From a virus: a DNA stretch of 64,000 nucleotides. The stretch lies in IMG/VR virus record IMGVR_UViG_3300030107_002709, positions 32,001 through 96,000 of that record. One strand, 5' to 3'. The position numbers were made by a program, and so were the translations under genes. The stretch's first letter is position 1; the number at the start of each line of letters is the position of its first letter. A model generated the notes under the pieces. That model saw nothing but the letters and a program-made list of their open reading frames with translations. It did not search any database and was not told where the DNA came from. Below, one piece after another: positions 28,723 through 38,461 of the stretch.

Positions 28723-30402
28723 TTATTTAGTATTACTAGTGGTTTTGGCTGGAGCAGGTTTAAGCTTAGCTTGTTGCTTAGCCAATTCCATGTCTCTCTT
28801 TTGATCATCTTCAGCATTTTGTGCCTCGATCTCAGGAGCGAAAGCATCGTTCTGACGATCCATTGTATCGAATGTATTAACATCGATTGGATCCATTACG
28901 ATACCCATATCAATCTCCTTCCTCATCTGCTTATCTTGTTCCTTAATATCTGCTTCTTTGTGACCAAGAATATTACGGCGAATATAATCAACAGAATAAT
29001 ATTTACCCACATAAGGATCCATCTGTGTTACTAGAGCAATCCTTTGGGTTTCCATCTCAAGCTCTTTTAATTCATTGAAATGATTGTCGTGTATGTAATC
29101 ATACTGGATATGCTCTTGCATATCATCCCAATCTTCAGGAGCAATAACTCCTTTAAGAATTAGTTGAGTCTTAAGAATATCTTGGAAGAGGAAACTAAAT
29201 CTTTTGCGTAGTCTTCCAATGAACTTAGTAAACTTGAGTTCGTCTCTAAGAACTTCCGTAGTCTTACCGAGATTAAAACCTTTGTTATCGTCAGTAAGGC
29301 GAGATGGTGGAAGGTTAAGTGAGTTATATAACTTCTTCTTAAAGTATTCAACGTCTTTAAGTTCACCAAGGTTTTGTCCTCCAGGTAAAGTAGTAATTTC
29401 AGTTCCACGACCACCTTCTCTACGAGGTAACCAGAAATCCTCAAGCATACTCATATGCTTTTTATCATCTCTGATCTCACCTGTCTGTGCATCATAGACA
29501 AGCTTGTTCCTGTAGCGAGACATTACATCACGTAGATATTGTTCCGCTTTAACCTTTGGAAGGTTACCTACATCGATGTAAAATATTCTTCTTTCTGGTG
29601 CACGAGATAAACGATAGATGACCAGAGCATCCTCAATCATTCTAAGTTGATTGAGAGACTTAATTCCTTTATGCAAGAAACTAAGATGCATCCTTCTGTT
29701 CATGTCCATCAATCCAGAATGGCTAAATGTAACAGAATCGTATGCTAATCTAATTCCTTGGTTACCAGCAAAATCTCCAGTACCAATTAATGAAGACTGT
29801 CTACCGAAACCTTGTGGGTTGTAGATATAATAATCTACGTAGTCTCCCCACTCATGTTCAAGGGCAGTACCACGTACAGTTGTTGGATCTTCTACCTTCT
29901 TAATTTTTTGTCTGACCCTTCTTATTTTCATTGGGTCAATGTAGCGAAGCTCAGTAATTCCTTCTGTTGGTTTCGCTAAATCTATTACTTTGTGGTAATA
30001 TGCCCTACCATCTACATACCAATTACGTATAATTTCATGGGCTTTCATATCAAAACCGAGAAGACGCTTGATGTAATCAAACTCTTCTCGGATCCTTTTC
30101 TTTACGGAAGCTCCCACTTCCAAATTTGTTAAATCAATTTGTACACAGGTATCGTTAAGGTCATTAACCACAAACTCGTTAACAATATCATCAACAGCTG
30201 AATCACATTCTGGGTGGAGGGACATATCCCTATACCTTTTTATGAGATCAAACTCGTTTCTTGCCTGTGCATCAGTTTCAACATATGTGCCAAAATAACC
30301 ACCTGCTGCTACGGCAACTCCGTCTTCAGCATTTGGAGGAACGGGAGATTGACCCTTCCGTTCCCCTTTCTTGTTAATTTGGAATCCAAATAGTTGACTC
30401 AT
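28723..30402 (-). CDS. g20: portal protein gp20
   Basis: RAPERRIFYIDVGNLP, EDFWLPRREGGRGTEITTLPGG. Confidence 0.99.
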   Translation of the reverse strand: MSQLFGFQINKKGERKGQSPVPPNAEDGVAVAAGGYFGTYVETDAQARNEFDLIKRYRDMSLHPECDSAVDDIVNEFVVNDLNDTCVQIDLTNLEVGASVKKRIREEFDYIKRLLGFDMKAHEIIRNWYVDGRAYYHKVIDLAKPTEGITELRYIDPMKIRRVRQKIKKVEDPTTVRGTALEHEWGDYVDYYIYNPQGFGRQSSLIGTGDFAGNQGIRLAYDSVTFSHSGLMDMNRRMHLSFLHKGIKSLNQLRMIEDALVIYRLSRAPERRIFYIDVGNLPKVKAEQYLRDVMSRYRNKLVYDAQTGEIRDDKKHMSMLEDFWLPRREGGRGTEITTLPGGQNLGELKDVEYFKKKLYNSLNLPPSRLTDDNKGFNLGKTTEVLRDELKFTKFIGRLRKRFSFLFQDILKTQLILKGVIAPEDWDDMQEHIQYDYIHDNHFNELKELEMETQRIALVTQMDPYVGKYYSVDYIRRNILGHKEADIKEQDKQMRKEIDMGIVMDPIDVNTFDTMDRQNDAFAPEIEAQNAEDDQKRDMELAKQQAKLKPAPAKTTSNTK

Positions 30403-30428
30403 TATATTATTCGTCTAACCAACTATAC

Positions 30429-30436
30429 TATTTATA
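30429..30436 (-). promoter_or_regulatory. T4 late promoter of g20
   Basis: Exact intergenic TATAAATA. Confidence 0.85.
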
Positions 30437-30440
30437 CCAG

Positions 30441-31064
30441 TTAAACCGAGACGGTTTCTTTGATATCTGGAGGAGATGACTCCGCAGATGCCTTAGCTTC
30501 TGCTGTCCAGTATGATAGTTGGAACTCAACTGAGAATTCAGAAACCTGATCATTGCTATCGTAAGCTAGATCGATTTGTGAAACACTAGTTGGGAATGCA
30601 TGCCAGAGTGTATACTCTCTGATACCACCACCAGAAATAGTACCAGTAGTTGCATTCTTTTCAAGTTGTATAACTGAAAGGTTAGCCATGTAACCCTCAG
30701 AACTACTTGTTGGTCTGAATAATGGAGATGCATTATTTTCATGAGAGTTGATCTTAGCCAACCACTCTTCAAAATAAGCACGAATCTTCATGTCTTCATC
30801 ATTGATGAATGTTGCAGACCATGTATCGAAGGTGCGATCACCTGCGATTTTTACTGTGCGTCCTCTAAATGGGACTTCTATTACACCCAAGTTAGATGCA
30901 GGGAGTGCTGCAGACTTACAAAGAATGTTTACTAGATCCTTATCTAGAACTCCTTTTCCTTGATCAAGCTCACTAGGCCAGTTAACACTGACCTGATACA
31001 TATTGGGTTTAACACCCTGTTTGATCTTATTAAGGAACTGTGATACGTTTGAATTAATAGCCAT
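30441..31064 (-). CDS. g19: tail tube protein gp19
   Basis: CK-AALPAS, PFRGR-VKIAGDRTF, FPTSVS-IDLAYD. Confidence 0.96.
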   Translation of the reverse strand: MAINSNVSQFLNKIKQGVKPNMYQVSVNWPSELDQGKGVLDKDLVNILCKSAALPASNLGVIEVPFRGRTVKIAGDRTFDTWSATFINDEDMKIRAYFEEWLAKINSHENNASPLFRPTSSSEGYMANLSVIQLEKNATTGTISGGGIREYTLWHAFPTSVSQIDLAYDSNDQVSEFSVEFQLSYWTAEAKASAESSPPDIKETVSV

Positions 31065-31099
31065 TTTAAATTACCTTCCTACGAGTTTGTGGTTATGGA

Positions 31100-33541
31100 T
31101 TAAGAACGACCTACGACTTCGCTGAAGGAAACTCCAGATCTCGTAGCGACAAATGATAATGTAATGTAGTTGATAGAGCGTGTAGGCTTGATGTAAACCT
31201 CGGCAACAAATTCATTACGGTCAATAACACTAGGTGTATTATTTGACTCATCACATACTACTTGGAAGTCTGTAACACCCCTTCCAGCTTGTACCTCAGA
31301 AAGGTAAGAAGAAAGTGCATTATTGAAACCAGCTCTTGTAGTCTCATCATTTTGTTCAAATATAACTGCCTTAGCAAGTGCTTCTGCTCTCTCCTCAATA
31401 TTGATGAAGAGTCTACGAACATTAATTCTGTCGAATGCAGAAGGTGAAGATAGTGCAGTCTTATCACCAAATAGTGTGATGCCTTGACCAGGGAAAGAAA
31501 CAATTGGGTTGATTCTATTCTGATAAAGTTCATCTCTATCTGCTGAAGTTGGGTTGTATGCTAGTTTAATAGCATTACGTACTCCACCTCGTGTAAGTCC
31601 TGCAGGTGAGAACCAGTCATCAAGTGTTGTAGAAGTTGCAACACATAGACCAGCAACATCTCCGTTGCAAGGAACATAACGATACTTATCATTGAAACGA
31701 TCATAGAAATACTTATAACCGCTATCAAATACTGCGTATGAAGAAGAACTTAATGTTGAGAAGAAGTTAACTGTGTTATCCTTCTGATCTTTCCTTGAAA
31801 GAGCAACAGTTCCAGAAACCTGAGCACCTTTGTGTGCAGAAACGAATGCGATAGCATCTTTTCTTAGGTTAGCAGTAGTGATACATGCAGCAGCTTTCAA
31901 CTTAGAATCTGCTTCAGTTCCCATTGAACCACCCATAAGGATGAAGTTAACATCAACTGTCTCTGTATCATTAAACTCTTGAAGACCTGTACTAAACTCT
32001 GCAGTTGTATATGCATAGTCATCAGTACCACCTGCAAGTGCTGTATTAACAACACCGAAGAGTTGTAGTTTCTGACCAGAAGTTCCAGCAGTACCAGCAC
32101 TACCAACAGCAAGTCCAGCACCAGCAGTGCTAGGATTGTGTGAAGCAGCTACGTGATCACCGAAGTAAACGTAGTTAGAAACTTCCTTAACATATGTTGG
32201 ATAGTAAGAAGAAGCTCCTTCTGATGTTTTACCATCACTAAACTTAGAAAGATACTGTAGTCTTTCAACAACAGTTTTTGTTGATCTCTCTACAACACCA
32301 ATATGAACTTCGTCATAAGATAGTCCTAAGTTTGCAGCGAATGCAGAAGTACCAGGACGAGGACCGATAGCAGATAGACTTATCTTACCATCATCAGCAG
32401 CAGACTTAGTACCGTCTGTGTTTGTATTAGTCCACCAGTCTTCTACTGTAACAGCGATTGTTGTATCTTGAACTGCAGAAACATCTACTGTACCTGAAGA
32501 TCCACCAGACTGAGTAACTGATAGTGTATCACCAACAACATATCCAGAACCAGGATCATTAGTGTTAACAGTAACAGTAGTGATTGCTCCCCTTACAGAT
32601 GTAATAGTTACTTGTGCGTTGTTACCACCACCAGTAATTGTAACTACATCGTTAACTTGGTATTGACCGTCACCAGCAGCAGCAACAGATACACTATCAA
32701 CAACACCACCAGTAGAAGTGAAGTCGAGTGTAAGACCTGATCCATTACCACCTGTAGTAGCAACTGCAGTACCTGAAGCACCGTATGTTGAACCACCATT
32801 TGAAACTGTTAAACCTTCTGGGTTACCAGTTGTTACTACGATATCTACCTTAGCACCACTTCCTGTACCACCTGTTGTGGCAAGAGATGTTGCTGTTGTG
32901 TATCCAGTACCAGCATTGTTAATTGTCACACCACTTGCTCGACCTGTGTCGGGAGTGTCGAGAGTATCAGAGGAAGTAACACGAACTGTAGGATCATTCA
33001 GTATAACAGCACCAGTTAATGATCCAGCATCCCAAGAAAGAACCTCAGCTGCTTTACCAGAACTGAATGTTAAGTTTGTTCCAGCTCCAATTCCTGCAGG
33101 TGCAGAAGCGAAAGTAACATACTGATCAGCACCACGGTCTGCTACAACGACATCATAGTCGTTACCCCAAATACCTGGAGTTTGAGCTGCCCATTTCCAT
33201 GCTGGAGTTGTGCCTTCTACACGTGATTCGTAGTCTACCTTATTCCTAATAATTGCTGCAGCACCAGCGTTAACTGCTCCTGTCTCGGCTCTTACCACTG
33301 AAAGGCGACCACCGTAGTTTAAAAATTCTGAAGCTACAAAGAAATCATCAGCATTAGAATCACCTGGTGATCCAAATGTATCTACTAATTCCCTTTGTGA
33401 AGCTATCGTGGTGATTTGTCCGACTGGACCCTTTTGGAATGTTGAAACTACTGCAGCAGTATTTGAAGCAGCATTAACAACAGTACCAGTTGTAAGGTCT
33501 CTTTCCTTGACAATAACACCAGGCGAGATTTGACTTGCCAT
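31100..33541 (-). CDS. g18: tail sheath protein gp18 with Gly/Thr-rich insertion
   Basis: SPGVIVKE-D, WFSPAG-RG, FDRINVRRLF, IKPTRSINYI. Confidence 0.97.
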   Translation of the reverse strand: MASQISPGVIVKERDLTTGTVVNAASNTAAVVSTFQKGPVGQITTIASQRELVDTFGSPGDSNADDFFVASEFLNYGGRLSVVRAETGAVNAGAAAIIRNKVDYESRVEGTTPAWKWAAQTPGIWGNDYDVVVADRGADQYVTFASAPAGIGAGTNLTFSSGKAAEVLSWDAGSLTGAVILNDPTVRVTSSDTLDTPDTGRASGVTINNAGTGYTTATSLATTGGTGSGAKVDIVVTTGNPEGLTVSNGGSTYGASGTAVATTGGNGSGLTLDFTSTGGVVDSVSVAAAGDGQYQVNDVVTITGGGNNAQVTITSVRGAITTVTVNTNDPGSGYVVGDTLSVTQSGGSSGTVDVSAVQDTTIAVTVEDWWTNTNTDGTKSAADDGKISLSAIGPRPGTSAFAANLGLSYDEVHIGVVERSTKTVVERLQYLSKFSDGKTSEGASSYYPTYVKEVSNYVYFGDHVAASHNPSTAGAGLAVGSAGTAGTSGQKLQLFGVVNTALAGGTDDYAYTTAEFSTGLQEFNDTETVDVNFILMGGSMGTEADSKLKAAACITTANLRKDAIAFVSAHKGAQVSGTVALSRKDQKDNTVNFFSTLSSSSYAVFDSGYKYFYDRFNDKYRYVPCNGDVAGLCVATSTTLDDWFSPAGLTRGGVRNAIKLAYNPTSADRDELYQNRINPIVSFPGQGITLFGDKTALSSPSAFDRINVRRLFINIEERAEALAKAVIFEQNDETTRAGFNNALSSYLSEVQAGRGVTDFQVVCDESNNTPSVIDRNEFVAEVYIKPTRSINYITLSFVATRSGVSFSEVVGRS

Positions 33542-33584
33542 GTTTAGTTACTCCCGATAAATGATCGCTAAAATTGTCTATACT

Positions 33585-33591
33585 TATTTAG
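33585..33591 (-). promoter_or_regulatory. late promoter variant upstream of g18
   Basis: Intergenic CTAAATA. Confidence 0.65.
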
Positions 33592-33628
33592 AAAATAGTA
33601 ACTCTCAGACGGGGAAACAATGCATGAA

Positions 33629-33862
33629 CTACCAGTCTGGATACATCCAATCCCTATGTGGGTTCTTATTCTTTCTGGTTTTCACTACTCTTTCGACTGT
33701 ACACACCTTACATTCATATGAATATGAGGAAGCCAACCTACTTCTATTCTTTCTTATCAAGTAAAAATCACTCAATAGATCTTTTGTTCTTCCACAAGAT
33801 CTACATTTCCTTTGCTTAAACAGCAAGTGTTCTAAGTCAAACTGCTGTTCTAAATCCATCAC
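33629..33862 (-). CDS. small Cys4 zinc-finger-like hypothetical protein
   Basis: CRSC...CKVC, C-terminal W-YPDW. Confidence 0.75.
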   Translation of the reverse strand: MMDLEQQFDLEHLLFKQRKCRSCGRTKDLLSDFYLIRKNRSRLASSYSYECKVCTVERVVKTRKNKNPHRDWMYPDW

Positions 33863-35511
33863 CTATCAGGAAGCATATAGGTTACGTCTTCTTGTGTAGT
33901 ACCATATTCCCAGATGGATCCATCTTCTATAAATGAATCATCACCTAGTCCATCATCAATAAATCCAAATGGAGCCATGTCCTGTTCTATCTGATTGCGT
34001 TGTTCCTCATATATTCTTCTACGAACATCTTGATCAGTCATCTCCTTGAAATACTCTTGCATACACAACCATGCAAAGAGAACCATACACATTACTAAGT
34101 CATCATGGTATCCTTCATCTGCTTCCCATGCTTGCTTTCTCTGAATGAAAGTTGTAAGCTCTTGTAGTATATGGAAGTCTTTGAATGTTAATTTATCTTC
34201 TTCTAGTATTGCTTTAAGGTTAGCACAACCTTGCTTCTTCACAGTGATGCTCATCTTAACACCTAACTGTGTCTTGTTACCTGAGAACCCTTGACCTACT
34301 ATCTGACCAGCTCTACCTCTCATAGCACACATGAGTACATTAGGATACTCAAGGTCATAGTTTAGTGTTGCTGCTATACTATCTCCTATATCATTTACTT
34401 CGACAAGTATATAAGGTAAGTTATATTCCTTTGCTACTTGGAATATGACTGAAGGAAACATGACAGGCTTAATCTCATTATCACGGTATTTGGCAACAAT
34501 TTTATACGGGAGAGTGGTGATATCAAACACGATGAAAGCACTATAGTCGCCACCAATTCCTCTGGCAACGTCCACAGTAATAATGTATTCATGATTCTCT
34601 TGCACTCGTTCGTATACGTCAAGTCCTGCATTGCTTATTAATGGTTCTTCAAATGGGATAGCTTGTAACTTAGATGGTGATATCAATGTATCAGCAGATC
34701 CAAGGAAGTCACACTCAAACTCTTGTGCGAACTGTCTCTTGGACGTGTTCTTCATTGTCTCTTCTTTCCACTTAGCATCTCTGCCTGGAACTTGAGACCA
34801 GTGTACTTCATTAGTAGTATAACCATTCTTACCATTCCTAGCATCTTCCCACATCTTATAGAAGTGGTTCATACCATTAGGAGTGGAGATGATAATTACT
34901 TTCGTTGATTTACCAGAAGTAATAGTAGGATAAACAGATGCAAAGAATTGTTCTGCAACATGGTTCGGAACGAACGCAAACTCATCGAGGAAGAGGATAT
35001 TGAACGACATGCCTCGGACAGCACTTGCAGACGTAGAAGCAGCCAGTATCTTTGATCCATTTTCGAGTTCGACATTACCTTTGTTCCATACTAAAATTCC
35101 ATGTTGTAACCACTTAGGCAGGTTCTCATACGCCAATTGAAGTCTTCCAAGTAGTTCTCTAGCAGTAGAAGCTTTGTTTGCTAGGATACCGATATTAACA
35201 CTATCATTGAAAATAGCATAGTGTAGAAGGTAAGCAACAACAGTTGTAGATTTACCAGTCTGACGAGGGAGTTTTGCAATGTTGAATCTGTTTTCATGAA
35301 AGTCCATCAAGATTTTCTTTTGAAAATCATACATGGAGAAAGGTACAAGACCCTCATCCAAGTTGATAATCTGCATATACTTCGTAGCAAAGTATAGTGG
35401 ATCACTCTTACACTTAATCCACTCCTCTACTTGTTCTTTTGTGAATTGTATCTCAGTACCAGCCTTCTTCAGGTTGGGGTTACCTAAGTATACATCAGTT
35501 GCAATAGCCAT
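33859..35511 (-). CDS. g17: terminase large subunit gp17
   Basis: PRQTGKST, FLDEFAF, ISTPNG, DVARG, HDDLVM. Confidence 0.98.
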   Translation of the reverse strand: MAIATDVYLGNPNLKKAGTEIQFTKEQVEEWIKCKSDPLYFATKYMQIINLDEGLVPFSMYDFQKKILMDFHENRFNIAKLPRQTGKSTTVVAYLLHYAIFNDSVNIGILANKASTARELLGRLQLAYENLPKWLQHGILVWNKGNVELENGSKILAASTSASAVRGMSFNILFLDEFAFVPNHVAEQFFASVYPTITSGKSTKVIIISTPNGMNHFYKMWEDARNGKNGYTTNEVHWSQVPGRDAKWKEETMKNTSKRQFAQEFECDFLGSADTLISPSKLQAIPFEEPLISNAGLDVYERVQENHEYIITVDVARGIGGDYSAFIVFDITTLPYKIVAKYRDNEIKPVMFPSVIFQVAKEYNLPYILVEVNDIGDSIAATLNYDLEYPNVLMCAMRGRAGQIVGQGFSGNKTQLGVKMSITVKKQGCANLKAILEEDKLTFKDFHILQELTTFIQRKQAWEADEGYHDDLVMCMVLFAWLCMQEYFKEMTDQDVRRRIYEEQRNQIEQDMAPFGFIDDGLGDDSFIEDGSIWEYGTTQEDVTYMLPDR

Positions 35512-35741
35512 TATAATACCTGTACAACACCTTTAACATCAGGAATCTCTTCCATCAGTTTACGTTCTATGCCTTGCTTTAAAGTCATAGTACTCATAGC
35601 ACATGTCTCACATGCACCACCTAACTTTACTTTAACATACCCATCTTCTATATCATAAAGTTGAAGGTATCCACCATCAGCTTCAATATAAGGAACAAGT
35701 TCCTCTAATACTATGAGTACATTTTCTTCAGAGAGTTCCAT
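35511..35741 (-). CDS. NifU C-terminal (Nfu-type) Fe-S carrier domain protein
   Basis: PYIEADGG, VKVKLGGAC-TC-MSTMTLKQGIERKL with CxxC. Confidence 0.9.
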   Translation of the reverse strand: MELSEENVLIVLEELVPYIEADGGYLQLYDIEDGYVKVKLGGACETCAMSTMTLKQGIERKLMEEIPDVKGVVQVL

Positions 35742-36183
35742 GTTCTCTCCTTATTTCTCTTAGTTCTTCAAAGTCTTTTTGTTTCTTACCACCATCATAC
35801 TCCCAAGCATACCCTTCGGTAATCATTTGCTCGTTGAGTGAGATGTCTGATTCCCCAATGTATAGCCAGCCCAGAAGGCGACCATACTTGCCGACCCCAC
35901 CAACAAGCTCAGTCCTAATAACCAATTCGTCATCACCCTTAATAGCATCTGCGAGATGTCCCTTGAGCCATTCTGTTGCATCGATTCCAAGTGCTTTCTC
36001 TTCTTTATCACGGGTTCTCTTCTCTGGGGTGTCCACTCCAGCAATCCTTACCCGTTCTTTTTTGAATAAATCGAAACCAAGATCTATTGTGACATCTATC
36101 GTGTCTCCGTCTAATACTCGGTTGATCTTGGTAACTCGGAAATTGTAACAACTCTTCCGACTTGGGGGTGTCATCTTGCCCAT
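35728..36183 (-). CDS. thermonuclease (SNase-like)
   Basis: V-DGDTIDV, RVRIAGVDTPE, GKYGRLLG, EGYA; CTAAATA at 36205-36211. Confidence 0.88.
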   Translation of the reverse strand: MGKMTPPSRKSCYNFRVTKINRVLDGDTIDVTIDLGFDLFKKERVRIAGVDTPEKRTRDKEEKALGIDATEWLKGHLADAIKGDDELVIRTELVGGVGKYGRLLGWLYIGESDISLNEQMITEGYAWEYDGGKKQKDFEELREIRREHGTL

Positions 36184-36328
36184 ATTCAAATTCTTCAAGT
36201 GTATTATTTAGCATCTCCTCTACAGGAGTTCTATCCTTCTGGGACTGGTGATCCCTGATCTGTTGAATCAACGTGTTCGGATTCAGAGGAGAAGTGACTA
36301 TTAATACTGGGGTTAGGATACCAATCAT
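36008..36328 (-). CDS. hypothetical protein overlapping both neighbours
   Basis: 106 aa ORF with hydrophobic N-terminus; large overlaps make it uncertain. Confidence 0.4.
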   Translation of the reverse strand: MIGILTPVLIVTSPLNPNTLIQQIRDHQSQKDRTPVEEMLNNTLEEFEYGQDDTPKSEELLQFPSYQDQPSIRRRHDRCHNRSWFRFIQKRTGKDCWSGHPREENP

Positions 36329-36416
36329 CGTATTTAAAAATCCAATATATCGATATACCTACTGCTATTAGTAGGATACCAATCATAATATTTATTGACC
36401 AAACGACCTCGGACAT
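36231..36416 (-). CDS. small single-pass membrane protein
   Basis: Hydrophobic segment VVWSINIMIGILLIAVGISIYWIF. Confidence 0.65.
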   Translation of the reverse strand: MSEVVWSINIMIGILLIAVGISIYWIFKYDDWYPNPSINSHFSSESEHVDSTDQGSPVPEG

Positions 36417-36423
36417 AAGTGGA

Positions 36424-36807
36424 TTACCCTACCCATCTATTAACAACTAGTTCTATTGATCCATCATCCATCTCCCATTCTTCTTCTACTTGGAATCCCA
36501 TATCTTTAACTGTATTATGTACAGTCATTCTAGCATACTGCTGAGTAACCTTATCTACAAATCTCTTTGGTGGAACTGGATCCCTCCAAGTTTGTATATC
36601 AGCTACCAACTCATATACACCTTCTGAATTTCTACGAAATCCAATATCATTCCCTATAGCAACATCAACCTTTACCTTTTCATGTTGATGGTCTAGTGGA
36701 TTTATTAACTCTTGATCTTCCTGTACATCATACTGAAGAAGCTGAAGTGCTTCTATGAGTTCAGGTTTGTTCTTCAATTTTGTTTTGATTGTGCTGAAGT
36801 GCGACAT
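36424..36807 (-). CDS. DUF1257/Ycf35-like protein
   Basis: MSHFSTIKT...L-EAL...DIGF...YELVAD...W...VTQQYA...GF-VEEE...GSIELVV-RW. Confidence 0.85.
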   Translation of the reverse strand: MSHFSTIKTKLKNKPELIEALQLLQYDVQEDQELINPLDHQHEKVKVDVAIGNDIGFRRNSEGVYELVADIQTWRDPVPPKRFVDKVTQQYARMTVHNTVKDMGFQVEEEWEMDDGSIELVVNRWVG

Positions 36808-36973
36808 TGTTAGAATAAAATTCGGGTTTAAATTGGCGAGTCTGTAAGACTCCAAGCTTTTCCTCAATCTGTTCTGTCAATGAAATACATTCAGAACGGA
36901 CAGTACCGATAACTTCTTCAGTTACAGTACCGTCTTGTCTGATAGAAAATTTAAGTTTTTGTTGCTCAGGCAT
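36761..36973 (-). CDS. DUF2997-like protein
   Basis: FSIRQDG-VTEEV-G...C..LT..IE.KLG...EFY; upstream of DUF1257 as in cyanobacteria. Confidence 0.82.
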   Translation of the reverse strand: MPEQQKLKFSIRQDGTVTEEVIGTVRSECISLTEQIEEKLGVLQTRQFKPEFYSNNVALQHNQNKIEEQT

Positions 36974-37127
36974 CTAGTAAAATATAATCTATTGCGTTTG
37001 GATGGTCATGAAGATAAGGAACATCTTCTATAGCATCCTTACCTGCTTCGTAAGAATTGTCTGCATACTCACAGATTTCATGAGTGTGTAACTCATAGTC
37101 ATGGTAACCAACGGTGTAATGTTTCAT
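36966..37127 (-). CDS. small His-rich hypothetical protein (53 aa, MKHYTVGYHD...EICEYA...EDVPYL)
   Basis: Hand translation; ATGA overlap with the upstream stop. Confidence 0.72.
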   Translation of the reverse strand: MKHYTVGYHDYELHTHEICEYADNSYEAGKDAIEDVPYLHDHPNAIDYILLDA

Positions 37128-37306
37128 TGGTGAATCGTGCATAGAACACAGTCAGGACATTCATACTCTTGTTGATAGTCATGAAGTTTTTGGAGTAAAT
37201 GTTCGTATTCATCCCACATATATTCAGAACCAGTACGATCCTGATAGCATTCACATGCCTTTATTAAACGACTAATATCTTTTTCATTCAACTGCATTTT
37301 AACCAT
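37124..37306 (-). CDS. small hypothetical protein
   Basis: 60 aa, TGSEYMWDEY, CPDC near the C-terminus. Confidence 0.7.
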   Translation of the reverse strand: MVKMQLNEKDISRLIKACECYQDRTGSEYMWDEYEHLLQKLHDYQQEYECPDCVLCTIHQ

Positions 37307-37319
37307 CCTGCCTGTACTA

Positions 37320-38024
37320 TTACTTATACTCGATAGTTGGTTTAGATTTTGTTATGTTCCCTGCTACTAACATTTGAATTTCAGATGCATAAGATACATT
37401 CCAAGACATAACAAATCTATTTTCCTTGGACATATTTTTTTCTGTTTTGTGTTGCAACCATCCTGGAAAGAATAACACATCTCCCGTCTCAACTTTTATT
37501 GGTGTCCATTCCAATCCATCTTGTGCACCAACATCACTAAAATATGCAGGAGATAATGGTTCTCCAAACTTATAAGAAGTTAATGGATTCTTAACTAAAA
37601 GATTTCCACCGTTTGGTGGAACATACAAATAAGCAGCAACCGCCATAAGAACTCCATGATGATTATGTTCTTCAGTATAAGCTCCTTGAGGGTGAACATT
37701 AATCCATGATTTAGCAACTGCTCTTTCACAAGCAGGGTTACAGTGCCATTTATGTACTACTTCTCTAGAAGTTCTTAAAACAAATTTTCCAAAATCATCA
37801 AACTCTGGCCAGGAATGAGGCATAGGATGGTTTGGATCTTGATCTAAAACAACAGAAGTAACACCACCATTTTTTTCTGGTGTGGCCATATTCATTGATT
37901 TTATAAACCTATCTGATGCTTTAAGAGAATCTATAACTTTATGCTTTAACTTATTTTCAAAATCAAAGTCATATTTTGCTCTAAGAATTGTTGGCCAAGG
38001 ATTATATGCTCGTAATTCACTCAT
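37320..38024 (-). CDS. putative 2OG-Fe(II) oxygenase (TIGR02466-like)
   Basis: SWIN, EHNH, FFPGWLQH-TE, R-VMSWN. Confidence 0.85.
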   Translation of the reverse strand: MSELRAYNPWPTILRAKYDFDFENKLKHKVIDSLKASDRFIKSMNMATPEKNGGVTSVVLDQDPNHPMPHSWPEFDDFGKFVLRTSREVVHKWHCNPACERAVAKSWINVHPQGAYTEEHNHHGVLMAVAAYLYVPPNGGNLLVKNPLTSYKFGEPLSPAYFSDVGAQDGLEWTPIKVETGDVLFFPGWLQHKTEKNMSKENRFVMSWNVSYASEIQMLVAGNITKSKPTIEYK

Positions 38025-38038
38025 GATTAATATAGTTG

Positions 38039-38461
38039 TTATCGTTTACCGCCGTTCATTTGTTTTAACATTTTCTGAAGCTCTGCTGTAGAACCTACGA
38101 ACATAGCATTGTTTGTAACCTTACTCGGACCTTTCTTATCCTCATCTAGATCCTTAACTTTCTTCTGAAGATCCATGAGTTTATCAGTCATGTCTGCTAC
38201 CTGTTTCATAGCGTTTGTAGCAACTTCATATGCTCTTGGATGCCCTGACTCCTGTGCAACCTCTAACGCCCCTCTGACTGCCTCCTGACCTTGATCTATG
38301 AGACTATACAATTCCCCTCTGGTATATTCATAGTCCTTATCCCTGTCCTCTGAGACATCTCTGAGTTGATCCTTGCGTTTAGCACAACCACCTTCAGGAG
38401 TATTGGATACATCAACATCGAAGATTTCTTCCATGTTCTTTTCAAATATTTCGTCACTCAT
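38039..38461 (-). CDS. g16: terminase small subunit gp16
   Basis: DYEYTR, HPRAYEVA, FVGSTAELQKML. Confidence 0.94.
   Translation of the reverse strand: MSDEIFEKNMEEIFDVDVSNTPEGGCAKRKDQLRDVSEDRDKDYEYTRGELYSLIDQGQEAVRGALEVAQESGHPRAYEVATNAMKQVADMTDKLMDLQKKVKDLDEDKKGPSKVTNNAMFVGSTAELQKMLKQMNGGKR

Noticed and set aside
32718-33125. 135-aa Pro/Val-rich plus-strand ORF
   Set aside because: Reverse complement of Gly/Thr codons in g18
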